A stretch of DNA of 64,000 bases from Minisyncoccota bacterium (lineage in GTDB: Bacteria > Patescibacteriota > Microgenomatia > UBA1400 > PJMF01), in contig JAACWQ010000003.1 in NCBI GenBank assembly GCA_009991965.1, positions 15,274-79,273 of the forward strand, written 5' to 3'. Positions 1 to 9,512 of this stretch are shown in pieces. The stretch's first letter is position 1. Each line of letters opens with the position of its first letter. A model generated the notes under the pieces. The model was not told where the DNA came from, searched no databases, and saw nothing but the letters and a program-made list of their open reading frames with translations. A program made the translations under genes and the position numbers.

Positions 1-1
1 C

Positions 2-799
2 TATCTCAACTTTGGCCTGTTGTACAACTTTAAGTACGCGGGATCCTGGCAGCTCTCATTCACCAGTCCAGTAGTATTATTCTTCTTTACACTCCAGGGT
101 AAGGCGCTCGTACTTGGCGGTATGTTACTGCTCTTGCTTGGTCTTAATCGAAAACTGTCGCCAGTAACGCAATTTTCGCTCGCTTGGTTTTGGCTTGCAT
201 TGTTTGCCAGCTTACTTTCTAACCGACCATACCCGCACTATTTTCTACAAGTTATTCCACCCGCAGCCATACTAGTCGCACTCTTTTTTACTCGAGAGCG
301 AGGACTAGCTCTAATTAGTGGTAGTTTGACAGTTTTACTAGCTGTACTTGTCTTACTCCACGTAGGTTTATATAGTACTGGCGCATACTACAAAAATTGG
401 CTGAAATATCTCACCAAACAATATACCCGACAAGAGTATTTTCAAACGTTTGACTCACTCATGAACGATAACTACGCAGCAGCGAAACTTATCACAACGA
501 CGAGTAGCAAACCAAGTCTTTTCATTTGGGGAACAGATCCAATGCTATATGCGCTCACCAAAGCAGTGCCACCAACGCGCTTTACCGTCTCATTTCATAT
601 TGCGGATCTCAACGTCTACGAACAGACAATGAAAGATGTCAATGCTGCTCGGCCCGAATATATTGTGGTCATGAATGACGAGACTCGAGAGCTACCAGGT
701 CTAAATCAGCTGCTCTTTGACGAGTACACAATAAATACACAGTACGATAAATTCGCGCTTTGGAAACGTCTACCAAACGCGGCCGGCCTGCTATACTAG
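2..799 (+). CDS. Polytopic membrane protein with a C-terminal soluble domain, probably the C-terminal part of a GT-C/GT39-like glycosyltransferase; the frame is open to the window edge, so it may be 5'-truncated (the alternative start is TTG at 20)
   Basis: The ORF has no stop upstream of position 20. It has several hydrophobic helices followed by a roughly 130 aa hydrophilic C-terminal domain. The context is a glycosylation cluster with a paralogous GT39-like gene at 3189-4457. Confidence 0.4.
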   Translation, partial: YLNFGLLYNFKYAGSWQLSFTSPVVLFFFTLQGKALVLGGMLLLLLGLNRKLSPVTQFSLAWFWLALFASLLSNRPYPHYFLQVIPPAAILVALFFTRERGLALISGSLTVLLAVLVLLHVGLYSTGAYYKNWLKYLTKQYTRQEYFQTFDSLMNDNYAAAKLITTTSSKPSLFIWGTDPMLYALTKAVPPTRFTVSFHIADLNVYEQTMKDVNAARPEYIVVMNDETRELPGLNQLLFDEYTINTQYDKFALWKRLPNAAGLLY

Positions 800-802
800 G
801 CT

Positions 803-1159
803 ATGGCAGATTCTCAGTTGTCTATTGCGGATGTTTTTAAGCAATTTCGCGCACCGTTCATTGGTAATATTTTGATCATTTTGCTCCAAGTTAGCATTGC
901 TGTAGTCGCGATCAATATACTTCAGCCTGTCGTGCCTCTGTTTAATAATCAACTACTCGCAACTAACACCCTGATGCCAAAAATTTGGCTCGCACTCCTA
1001 CCAGCTCTATCGCTCATCTTTAGTCTCTTCAGCCTGCTGTTGATGTTATTCTCCCGCTCACTTGGCTCCACAATTCTCAATATTTTTGCTTGGAGCAGCA
1101 CAACGATCAACGGCATTCTATTACTCTCACTAGTACGAATAGTTCTTTTGGTAAAATAA
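803..1159 (+). CDS. Small 3-4 TM membrane protein; possibly a GtrA-like lipid-linked sugar translocase (weak)
   Basis: It is 118 aa and almost entirely hydrophobic helices. It lies between glycosyltransferase genes with 3 nt spacing. Confidence 0.3.
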   Translation: MADSQLSIADVFKQFRAPFIGNILIILLQVSIAVVAINILQPVVPLFNNQLLATNTLMPKIWLALLPALSLIFSLFSLLLMLFSRSLGSTILNIFAWSSTTINGILLLSLVRIVLLVK

Positions 1160-1161
1160 CT

Positions 1162-2217
1162 ATGCTTTTTTTTCTCAGTTTTTTGCTGGCATTCTTAATC
1201 ACACCAATGGTGATTAAATTGTATAAAAAACATGGCTGGCTTGATGATCCAAAAAAACAAGTACATGCCAAAAAAACACATAAGATAGCGGTGCCGCGCG
1301 GTGGTGGGATTGTCGTGTTCTTTGCTATTCTCGTGTGTAGTCTTTTATTTTTACAATTTGATCAATACTTGCTTGCTATCTTGGCTGGTGCTGGCATTTT
1401 GGCGATAGTTGGTTTTCTTGATGATATCTACGATTTGCACCCCTTCCCCCGCCTACTTGCAAACGGTTTTGCCGCACTACTCGTTGTGGGATCTGGAATT
1501 GGTATCGCGTACGTCAGCAACCCGTTTGGTCCTGGCGTGATACATCTTGATCAGCCACAAATATCCTTTGCTTTTTTTGGTGAGATACGGAATATCTGGC
1601 TGCTTGCCGATCTGTTTGCAGTGCTGTTTATTATCTGGAACATAAACATTGTGAATTGGTCAAAAGGAGTTGATGGACAATTGCCAGGTTTTGCGGCCGC
1701 GGCGCTTGTATTTATTGGTTTGCTTTCAAGCAAGTTTGTTGGCGACCCCACCTCATTTAACACCGCACAACTCGCATTTATTGTGGCAGGCGCTTTCACC
1801 GGTCTCTTACTCTGGAACTGGTACCCGCAACGGATTATGCCGGGCTATGGGGCAGGATCACTAGCCGGTTTTTTCTTGGGTGTACTTGCTATTCTATCTG
1901 GCGCAAAACTAGCAACGACTCTGATGGTTCTCGCTATCCCAACTGCCGACGCAATTTTTACCATAGGCAGAAGGTTGTATGCAGGAAAATCACCATTCTG
2001 GGGTGACCGCGGTCACTTACATCATAAATTATTTGACACATTTGGATGGAGCAGACAAAAAATTGCAATCTTTTATAGTTTCTCGAGTATCGCGCTTGGT
2101 ACGCTCTCTCTCTATTTGAACACTATCGGAAAATTGCTTACAATTGCGATAACCATGAGCCTCGTGTTTGGTGTATTATTCTGGGTAAAGATCAAAAAAA
2201 GTACTCAAAAAAAATGA
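1162..2217 (+). CDS. Glycosyltransferase family 4 polyprenyl-phosphate N-acetylhexosamine-1-phosphate transferase (WecA/MraY superfamily)
   Basis: The DDxxD-like motif 'LDDIYDLHP' is present, the protein has multiple TM helices, and the conserved His is near the C-terminus (HLHHKL). The ATG at 1162 immediately follows the upstream stop. Confidence 0.75.
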   Translation: MLFFLSFLLAFLITPMVIKLYKKHGWLDDPKKQVHAKKTHKIAVPRGGGIVVFFAILVCSLLFLQFDQYLLAILAGAGILAIVGFLDDIYDLHPFPRLLANGFAALLVVGSGIGIAYVSNPFGPGVIHLDQPQISFAFFGEIRNIWLLADLFAVLFIIWNINIVNWSKGVDGQLPGFAAAALVFIGLLSSKFVGDPTSFNTAQLAFIVAGAFTGLLLWNWYPQRIMPGYGAGSLAGFFLGVLAILSGAKLATTLMVLAIPTADAIFTIGRRLYAGKSPFWGDRGHLHHKLFDTFGWSRQKIAIFYSFSSIALGTLSLYLNTIGKLLTIAITMSLVFGVLFWVKIKKSTQKK

Positions 2218-3185
2218 TGAAGAAATCCCCACTAATTCTGCTTTTTTTACTCATAAAATCTGCTCGTCCAAGACAATGGGTCAAAAATTTCTCGCTCTTT
2301 GCCGCACTCGTGTTTTCTGGCTTTTTGTTTTATGACCCAATTGACGCTCCTTCATATTTTTGGACGGTAACGCTTGCTGCTATCACTTTCACACTGGTTA
2401 CCTCTGCAATTTACATTGCCAACGATATTATTGACAAGGATGCCGATGCACAACATCCGTTTAAGAATAAACGACCAATTGCTTCTGGAGCACTTCCAGT
2501 TTCTTTGGCCAAAATAGCAGTCGTCGCACTGCTTGCCATTGCGGGATTTTTTACCCTCTACTTCTCACTCTTCTTTAAGCTGCTTATTTTGCTCTACGTT
2601 GTGTTGCAAATTGCCTACTCGAAAAAACTCAAACATATCCCCATTCTGGATGTTGCATCAATCGCACTTGGGTTTTTGATTCGTATTTATGCTGGATCCG
2701 TAGTTGTTGATTTGCACATGAGTGTTTGGTTCTTACTCACGGTGATATCCGCATCACTCTTTCTTGCGGTTGGGAAACGGCAGAGCGAGCGAACACTGCT
2801 GCTAGGAAATCCCGATGTCTCTGTAGGCTCCACTCGCAAAATTCTCAAACGATACAGCGAGCGTTTGCTTGACCAATATACTGCCATGTTTGCTACCGCT
2901 ACCTGGCTGACGTATGCAATTTTCACCTTCCAGAATGAAGTCGTTGTCCCGCAATCTGAATTTGCAACGCTCTTTCAACTTTTGCCAAAAACCCTGCATA
3001 CCCAAAAGTGGCTGATGATCTCAGTGCCGTTTGTGATTTTTGGAGTCATGAGATATTTGCAGTTAGTCTATGAGAAAAATCAGGGAGAATCACCAGAGCG
3101 CGTATTATTTAATGATAAGCCGTTATTGATTACACTCTTTCTCTTTGGCGTCAGCGTCATCTTTATCCTCTACCTACTCGCATAA
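2214..3185 (+). CDS. UbiA-family prenyltransferase, decaprenyl-phosphate 5-phosphoribosyltransferase (DPPR synthase)-like
   Basis: The N-terminal 'ARPRQWVKN' motif, the UbiA motif 'NDIIDKDADAQHP' and polytopic membrane topology are present. Its ATGA start overlaps the stop of the upstream gene. Confidence 0.65.
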   Translation: MMKKSPLILLFLLIKSARPRQWVKNFSLFAALVFSGFLFYDPIDAPSYFWTVTLAAITFTLVTSAIYIANDIIDKDADAQHPFKNKRPIASGALPVSLAKIAVVALLAIAGFFTLYFSLFFKLLILLYVVLQIAYSKKLKHIPILDVASIALGFLIRIYAGSVVVDLHMSVWFLLTVISASLFLAVGKRQSERTLLLGNPDVSVGSTRKILKRYSERLLDQYTAMFATATWLTYAIFTFQNEVVVPQSEFATLFQLLPKTLHTQKWLMISVPFVIFGVMRYLQLVYEKNQGESPERVLFNDKPLLITLFLFGVSVIFILYLLA

Positions 3186-3188
3186 CTT

Positions 3189-4457
3189 ATGCAGCGATTT
3201 GTAGAACGTTACTACAGCCCACTACTTGTATTGCTCATTGCTATTGCTTTTTTTTCGCGCCTCTACCGCGTACATATTCCAGAGAAATATATGTTTGATG
3301 AGGTATATCACGCCTCTACAGCAAAGTTGATTGCCCACAATGATCCACGAGCTTACGAGTGGAACGCCAAGTCTGATGAGAAGGATACCGCCATAGATTG
3401 GCTACATCCCCCTGGAGCTAAATTACTACAGGCAGGTAGTATGTTTTTGCTTGGAGAAACAAGCTTCGCATGGCGACTGAGCTCGGTGGTATTTGGCACA
3501 CTTGTCATACTAACGACTGTGTGGCTTGCGCAAGCGTTGTTTGAGGACAAACGCCTCTCACTGCTGGCTGGCGTGTTTGCTGCAAGCGATGGTTTGTTAC
3601 TCGTACAGTCGCGTATTGCGATGAATGATATTCATGTAACTTTTTTTATTTTGCAGACGCTCTTGTGGTATTGGTTATATCGCAAGAAAAAACTTCGTAA
3701 ATACTTTGTGGCAGCTGCAGTCATGGCTGGCTGCGCAATTGCGAGTAAATGGTCTGGAGTGTTCGCAATTGGTGTGGTTGGTTTGTTTGAAGTTGCTAGC
3801 GTGCAAATTACACAACATCGAATCAAAAACCTACGGCGAATTTTGCCCAACCTTGGTTTGTTGCTTTTGATTCCAGCAGCTCTATACCTAGCGAGCTACG
3901 GTCAAATGTGGCTGCAAGGTAAGCCATTGAGTCATTTTGTCGAACTACACAAACAAATCTGGGCCTATCAAACTACGCTAACTGCAACTCATCCCTATCA
4001 ATCGACCGCTCTGCAATGGTTTTTTAACATACGGCCAGTTTGGGTTGCAGTTGAATATGGAGTTGGCACGAGAGCAGACATATACGCTTTTGGTAATCCA
4101 GCACTGTTTGTTTGGGGAGCTATCGCGGTTATTTTGACAGCTGGAGTACTTGTATGGAAATTTAAAAAATCATCGCCCGCACTTCTGTTTCTGTTTGTTA
4201 GCTATCTTGTTGTTTGGGCACCCTGGGCATTCTCACCCAGAGTAATGTTTTTTTACCACTACGCACCAGCTGTTCCACTCCTCAGTATTATCCTGGCCTA
4301 TTGGGTGATGAAGCTAAAAAAGAAACGTGTTGTTATCAGCTGTATCAGCGGGAGCATCATACTTGCTGCTGTAGTTTGGTACCCGCACTGGACATTATTG
4401 CCTGTCTCAAATGCATTTGCAGACCAAGTGTACTTTCACTTTACAACGTGGAAGTAG
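3189..4457 (+). CDS. GT-C fold membrane glycosyltransferase, family 39 (PMT/ArnT-like)
   Basis: The N-terminal loop motif 'FDEVYHA' is present. The protein has 10 or more TM helices and a short C-terminal periplasmic region. Confidence 0.7.
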   Translation: MQRFVERYYSPLLVLLIAIAFFSRLYRVHIPEKYMFDEVYHASTAKLIAHNDPRAYEWNAKSDEKDTAIDWLHPPGAKLLQAGSMFLLGETSFAWRLSSVVFGTLVILTTVWLAQALFEDKRLSLLAGVFAASDGLLLVQSRIAMNDIHVTFFILQTLLWYWLYRKKKLRKYFVAAAVMAGCAIASKWSGVFAIGVVGLFEVASVQITQHRIKNLRRILPNLGLLLLIPAALYLASYGQMWLQGKPLSHFVELHKQIWAYQTTLTATHPYQSTALQWFFNIRPVWVAVEYGVGTRADIYAFGNPALFVWGAIAVILTAGVLVWKFKKSSPALLFLFVSYLVVWAPWAFSPRVMFFYHYAPAVPLLSIILAYWVMKLKKKRVVISCISGSIILAAVVWYPHWTLLPVSNAFADQVYFHFTTWK

Positions 4458-7454
4458 TTACAACTCCAAAAATTGCAAATTACGAATTTCTGCCATAACA
4501 GTTTTGATTAATTCTGAAAGATCTGCGACAGCAGAATCAGTCAGCTCAAAAGAGCGGGTAACAATTTTGCCACTCTCACGATGAGGTTCGACAAACTCAA
4601 ACACACCTTCTGTAACGACAGGTCGAAAGGAAGGATCTAGATCGGCTAGTAATTTGTAAAATAATAACTGTCTTTTGTACGGTCCGCGAATACTTTCGGG
4701 TAACGCCTGTTCTCGCTCAGAAAGTCCAGCTGCCTGTGTTGTACCCTCAATATCTCCGATGCTCCGCTGTCTACCAGTTTTATAGTCAATAACACGAACA
4801 AGTTTTTCTTTCTTATCAATCCAATCCACTCGATCAATACGCCCACTTAGTGCAATATCATCGAGCATGGTGGTAGAAAAGCCTGAGCCAAAAAATCGCT
4901 CAATAAAAACTGGCTCAGCCACAAATCTTTCAGGCTCCTGGTAGTAAGCTGCTAGGAGCCTCTCTCCAGAAGCAACTCTACGCTCCAACTCATCTGTAAT
5001 CAACAATTCTCTTTGCAGCGCTTCGACGAATACTTGTTGTGCTGCCGCAAGACTCGGCTGCGTTCCACTGTCAGATATTTCTCGAAAGACAAACTCCAGT
5101 GCTTTGTGTACTGCAGAGCCAAACGCCATCGGAGCAGGCTTTGCTTGTGGCAAACGTAGCAGTACGTCTTGAATAAAGTCCTTTGGATCGTGCAAGTACT
5201 TATTGAGCGACGTAACAGAGAGTCGAAAATCTGTGAGCAGTGAAGAAAGATACTCTTTCTCTGTCGGAGAATAAGTGCTCGATAATTTTGGCAAAACAGA
5301 AGACTCAAGAAACTTTTCCTTCTCAGCTTCATCAAGCTCGACTTTCACTTCTGTTTCGGAAAGTGCATTCATCTCTGCCAAAAACTGTGTTGGTATGGCG
5401 GCTTTTTCTTTACCAGACTGCAAAATAGTTTTCGAGTATGTTGCTGTAAACTGTTTTTTTGCTCTAGTGAGTGCTACATAAAACAACCTACGATCTTCTG
5501 CTAATCGCTCTGTGCTATCACCCACGCTGGTGAACCGGAGTACTGAGTCAGGCAGTGTCAATAATTGTGGTTTGCGCGCATTGCCCCAAACCCCGTCTAG
5601 GCTGTGTACTAAAAATACATACTCCCATTCACGACCCTTGGCCTTATGCCCAGTTGTAACTTCAATTGCTTGTGTTTCTGTTTGCAAGTACGCTGCCTCA
5701 AGACGAATAGTGCGCTCTTGCATGATTGATACCGCACGTACAAACTCTCGCAGGCCAAATGTATGGTCGCTATAACTGAGTTGTTTTGCAGTCTCACTCA
5801 GCGCTTGAATTTCTGCCAAATAGGTATATTTCTCTGGTTGTTTGAGCAGCCAATCGAGATATCCTGTATCAGTGAGAAGAGTAGTGAACCAATCGGGAAA
5901 TGAGAGTTGGCGCTCTGTCACGCCGAGCTCTTTCAACTTAGAAAGTGCTGCAAGAATAGGTTCTGACACCGAATTTTCTGACTTAGAAAGCAGCTCAAAA
6001 AGAGTGATGCCTTCTTTGCCAGCTTGGCGAGCGAGCGTCCAAAGCTCCACACGCGATAAGTCAAGCCACGGAGCACTCAATACAGTAAAGAGCTCGTGTC
6101 CATCACCTCCCGATCGTAACTCTAAAATAGTTTGCAAAAAAGCCAAAACACCAAGAATATGTGTTTTTTCTAACACGCTCGTACCACCAGAAACACTACA
6201 CATAATACCTTGTGCCAGCAACACTTCGGCCACCGCATGAACTTCGCTATTTTTGCGACACAAAACGACTATTTCTTCCGGTAGAACTCCTTGTGAAAGC
6301 AACTCTCGTAATCGCTTTGCTAGGAAAATGTGCTCCAACTGCTGGGTATCTGCAACGACCGTCTGCGCTCCGTCTTTTTCTTTTGAAACTGCTAGCAATT
6401 GCGTACTCAGACCTTCGCGTAAATGCGCTGGCAATGACTCCGGCAAACTCGTATGCGTTGTCAACGAAAATGCAGCGTCGTACAAAAATTGTGGACAACG
6501 ATATCCTGTCTTGAGCGTGACCAACGTAGCAGCGGGGTACAGTTCCAGAAACCTGTAGGTATTTTCGAGTGACGCACCTTGAAAACGATAGATAGCTTGG
6601 TGCGGATCACCCACTACAAACACATTTGCATCTGCTCCCCAAAACGCCGCCAATTGCTCCACAAGCGAGTTTTGGGCCGTATTCGTATCCTGATATTCAT
6701 CGACCATAACGTACAAAAATCGCTCCTGACAAATCGTCAAAAAGTCAGGAAATTCTGCAAATGCACGTAGCACAAATAGAATCATGTCTTCAAAATCAAA
6801 ACGAAGTTTTTCTCGCAAGGCCAATTCATAAGCAGTGAAAACTTTGAGCAACTCCTGATTCTTCTCTTTGTTGCGTGCGAATTTGATCTTACCCGCCTTT
6901 GTTGTTGGCTCGGCATCTGGCGCAAATGATCGATCGATAATTTCTGCAAATGCAGCTGGTTCAATACCTTCTCGCTTGAGATCGCTAATTGCCTTCATTG
7001 CAGACGGCACATACAACATTGACTGATTAAGCGGTTTGAGAATATCGAGTGGCAACGTCTCAAACAATGAGTGCAAAATTTCTGAACGCTCAAGTTCAGT
7101 CAGCGGCTCACTTTCTTTTGCAATCGGGAAATACTCGGGATACTCTTTGATGAGTGCTGTGCAGAAGGCATGAAAGGTCGTAATGGGCACACCATATCCA
7201 GCTGCGCCAATCAGTGAAATTAATCTAGTACGCATCTCGGTGGCTGCTGCGTCAGTAAATGTCAGCGCCAAAATACTCGACGGAGGTGTATCCGTTTGTT
7301 CCAAGATCCGCGCAATTCTAAGCGAAAGCACCTGCGTCTTGCCCGTACCTGGACCAGCCAGAACCATAACTGGGCCGTCAATCGTATCGACTGCAAGTTT
7401 TTGGTCTTCGTTTAGTTGCTGGTAGGCGGTGGAAAAGGATTGCGGTGCGGACAC
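4458..7454 (-). CDS. UvrD/PcrA/AddA-type SF1 helicase with a C-terminal RecB-family PD-(D/E)xK nuclease domain
   Basis: Motifs present: Walker A 'AGPGTGKTQVL', 'VDEYQDTN', 'VGDPHQAIYRFQGA', and helicase motif VI 'TGHKAKGREWEYVFLV'. The C-terminal nuclease has 'RIDRVDW...VIDYKTGR' and 'QLLFY'. There are no Cys-rich Fe-S motifs. The start codon is GTG. Confidence 0.8.
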   Translation of the reverse strand: MSAPQSFSTAYQQLNEDQKLAVDTIDGPVMVLAGPGTGKTQVLSLRIARILEQTDTPPSSILALTFTDAAATEMRTRLISLIGAAGYGVPITTFHAFCTALIKEYPEYFPIAKESEPLTELERSEILHSLFETLPLDILKPLNQSMLYVPSAMKAISDLKREGIEPAAFAEIIDRSFAPDAEPTTKAGKIKFARNKEKNQELLKVFTAYELALREKLRFDFEDMILFVLRAFAEFPDFLTICQERFLYVMVDEYQDTNTAQNSLVEQLAAFWGADANVFVVGDPHQAIYRFQGASLENTYRFLELYPAATLVTLKTGYRCPQFLYDAAFSLTTHTSLPESLPAHLREGLSTQLLAVSKEKDGAQTVVADTQQLEHIFLAKRLRELLSQGVLPEEIVVLCRKNSEVHAVAEVLLAQGIMCSVSGGTSVLEKTHILGVLAFLQTILELRSGGDGHELFTVLSAPWLDLSRVELWTLARQAGKEGITLFELLSKSENSVSEPILAALSKLKELGVTERQLSFPDWFTTLLTDTGYLDWLLKQPEKYTYLAEIQALSETAKQLSYSDHTFGLREFVRAVSIMQERTIRLEAAYLQTETQAIEVTTGHKAKGREWEYVFLVHSLDGVWGNARKPQLLTLPDSVLRFTSVGDSTERLAEDRRLFYVALTRAKKQFTATYSKTILQSGKEKAAIPTQFLAEMNALSETEVKVELDEAEKEKFLESSVLPKLSSTYSPTEKEYLSSLLTDFRLSVTSLNKYLHDPKDFIQDVLLRLPQAKPAPMAFGSAVHKALEFVFREISDSGTQPSLAAAQQVFVEALQRELLITDELERRVASGERLLAAYYQEPERFVAEPVFIERFFGSGFSTTMLDDIALSGRIDRVDWIDKKEKLVRVIDYKTGRQRSIGDIEGTTQAAGLSEREQALPESIRGPYKRQLLFYKLLADLDPSFRPVVTEGVFEFVEPHRESGKIVTRSFELTDSAVADLSELIKTVMAEIRNLQFLEL

Positions 7455-7466
7455 GTTTGTATGATA

Positions 7467-8501
7467 TCAGACTGTAAAACCCATCGTTTTCATCAGAGAA
7501 ATAAGAGCAGCTTTCTCACCTTGCTGTGATACAAAATTTTCGACTGTTTCTCTCATTGATTGTGCGCGAACCATACTCGCACGAATATTGTTCTCAAACT
7601 GACAAAAATGTAGACGCATTTTATCTATTTCAGACTGACTAAGTTCGTTTTTCTCATTAAGTCGGTACATAAGTTTTTCAAATCGTAACGCTTGCCAAGC
7701 TACAAAACCTGGTTGGCCATCTAACCAATTCAACAACATATTTTTTACTTTAATACACTCAATTTCACTAATTGTTTCCAATCGCTTGGGATCCCGAAGA
7801 TTCTCATGTAATTCTCGACACTCCGCATCTCCTTCATTAAAAAAATCGCTTGCACTCTCCATCCCAGAAGTTGCTAGATCAGCTACTGCCATAATCAATG
7901 CGGGGCGAGGTATTTTATTTTCAGCTTCCAAAGCTTCATCAAAATGCGGTTGGGTAATGTACAACTCATCTCTGGTGCCACCTTCCCTCATTTCTCCGAT
8001 AGCTGCAATGAGTTTGGGATTATTTTCAAGTGCCTGTGCATAATATGGATAATCTGCAAACTTTGCCAACTTAAATTCTGGAAAAGTGAACTCAATCGCC
8101 AAAGTCACTACTCGTATGTCATCTTCTGTAAAGATTTCTACTTGTTTGTTGGCGTCACGCATGTGTTGTGCGACTGCCCGAGCACTTTGAGCCTCACTTC
8201 CTTCACTACCACTTGGCAAATCACTTGCTCGTGCCCCGCGGAAACGAGAAATTTGTTCTAATAATTCGCCTGAACTGGCATGCTGATACGACAACACTTT
8301 GTCGTGCCAAGCGATTGCAATCAAAGTCAAATATTGATCCTTGGACGAAACATCAATCGCTATAAGGATTTTCTCCATATGATGCACCACAGTGTCGAGA
8401 TGCAATGATTCATGATACTGTTTCGGATCTATTCCTCCCTCATCATGCTCCTCGCCGTGAATTTTAAATCCCGCCGCAATGATTCCTTCCGCTGTTGTCA
8501 T
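7467..8501 (-). CDS. Acidic hypothetical protein with a possible N-terminal HD-domain (H...HD) phosphohydrolase signature
   Basis: 'HLDTVVHHMEKIL' followed by '...IAIAWHDKV' fits the H / HD spacing of HD domains. It lies 12 nt upstream of the helicase-nuclease gene on the same strand. Confidence 0.3.
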   Translation of the reverse strand: MTTAEGIIAAGFKIHGEEHDEGGIDPKQYHESLHLDTVVHHMEKILIAIDVSSKDQYLTLIAIAWHDKVLSYQHASSGELLEQISRFRGARASDLPSGSEGSEAQSARAVAQHMRDANKQVEIFTEDDIRVVTLAIEFTFPEFKLAKFADYPYYAQALENNPKLIAAIGEMREGGTRDELYITQPHFDEALEAENKIPRPALIMAVADLATSGMESASDFFNEGDAECRELHENLRDPKRLETISEIECIKVKNMLLNWLDGQPGFVAWQALRFEKLMYRLNEKNELSQSEIDKMRLHFCQFENNIRASMVRAQSMRETVENFVSQQGEKAALISLMKTMGFTV

Positions 8502-8615
8502 AAACAGATTGGAAACTGCTTTATTCTCAGGTGCTAATAATTCAGTGATTGGTTCAGGCGTAGTAGGTATCCTTTATCAAAAGTATTGATTAGTCAATTA
8601 TTATCATAGCGGGAA

Positions 8616-8822
8616 TTATCGCCCTGATTTTATCTCTTGTTGCAAACGATCAATCTGCCGAGCTGCTCGCTCGCCGTCTTGTTTAAATCTGCTAGACAAT
8701 GGATCGGCACTGGCAAACTCTGCACGAGCCAATTGGCGGCGCTTGGCAATGGCGGATTTGAGGCGGGCTTCAAGGGCTTCTGCGCGGTGTTGGCCAAAGG
8801 TAGTGGGAGTAGAATCTGACAT
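8616..8822 (-). CDS. Small helical/coiled-coil hypothetical protein, GC-rich
   Basis: This is a 68 aa ORF starting at the internal Met (MSDSTPTT...). It lies immediately downstream of the HicA-like gene. Its composition is distinct from the AT-rich islet. Confidence 0.3.
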   Translation of the reverse strand: MSDSTPTTFGQHRAEALEARLKSAIAKRRQLARAEFASADPLSSRFKQDGERAARQIDRLQQEIKSGR

Positions 8823-8823
8823 T

Positions 8824-9078
8824 TCAACAACAATCTTTAATCTCTTTTTTACTAAAACCAAAACACATCAGCTCTCTCTCAATAATTTGATGCAAATTTC
8901 CATGTTCAAAATCATGGCGAGGAACCATAATAAATGGTCTCTGATTATCTACAATCGGCACTCTGCTTGGATGCCGATATTTATAATGACCACCCCGACC
9001 AGTCCCCACATCTAAAACAAAACCAAGACACTCAAGCACAGCCAATATCTTCTTTCTTTTTCTGGGAAGATTGCCCAT
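8824..9078 (-). CDS. HicA-family (YcfA-like) mRNA interferase toxin-like protein
   Basis: The pattern 'KILAVLECLGF...GRGGHYKYRHPS...IMVPRHD...GNLHQII' matches the HicA consensus (GSHH..HP...VPxH...GTL..I). It is 84 aa. Confidence 0.55.
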   Translation of the reverse strand: MGNLPRKRKKILAVLECLGFVLDVGTGRGGHYKYRHPSRVPIVDNQRPFIMVPRHDFEHGNLHQIIERELMCFGFSKKEIKDCC

Positions 9079-9084
9079 GAGATT

Positions 9085-9435
9085 CTAGGCGAAAGCCAAT
9101 CCTTTGGGATACACAAACTGTGTTTTTTTGCCTGGCTTCATGTTTCTTGGAAAAAAATGGTTTTCTGTATTCTTCGCTATATACCTCGGCACATCAAAAT
9201 AGGTGAAAATTGCGTCATTTACCAAATCTATAGTTGTCTGTTCATCATTAAGCGGAGCTATAACATATAAACCAGGATATTCTGCGGAGTTTATTAAAAA
9301 AGTTTTATTTTTTTTATCAATTTTTGTATCAAAATCTATACTACGCGGTAAAGGAAAGCTATATTTGGCACGCAAAATCTTGTACTGAATGTATTGCACA
9401 AATTCTGCTAGGTGTTCTTGAATTAAAATTAGCAT
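9085..9435 (-). CDS. Hypothetical cytoplasmic protein (islet gene)
   Basis: This is a 116 aa low-GC ORF with no recognisable motif. It lies 6 nt upstream of the HicA-like gene. Confidence 0.35.
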   Translation of the reverse strand: MLILIQEHLAEFVQYIQYKILRAKYSFPLPRSIDFDTKIDKKNKTFLINSAEYPGLYVIAPLNDEQTTIDLVNDAIFTYFDVPRYIAKNTENHFFPRNMKPGKKTQFVYPKGLAFA

Positions 9436-9512
9436 AAGTGGATTGTAACAAAATATTGGTTGTTTTAATACAAAGCAGAAGATTAGAGGCTGGGTGCTTA
9501 ATAAATAGAATT

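Noticed and set aside
4214-4498. 94 aa ORF on the + strand overlapping the end of the GT39 gene and the helicase 3' end
   Set aside because: It lies in an alternative frame of a well-supported membrane GT gene, is Cys-rich and low-complexity, and has no independent signals.
8824-9078. Considered that the 84 aa HicA-like ORF plus the upstream 116 aa ORF might be a hicAB pair
   Set aside because: The 116 aa protein shows no RNase-H-like or RHH/HTH HicB features. The downstream 68 aa GC-rich ORF is also unlike HicB, so no antitoxin is asserted.
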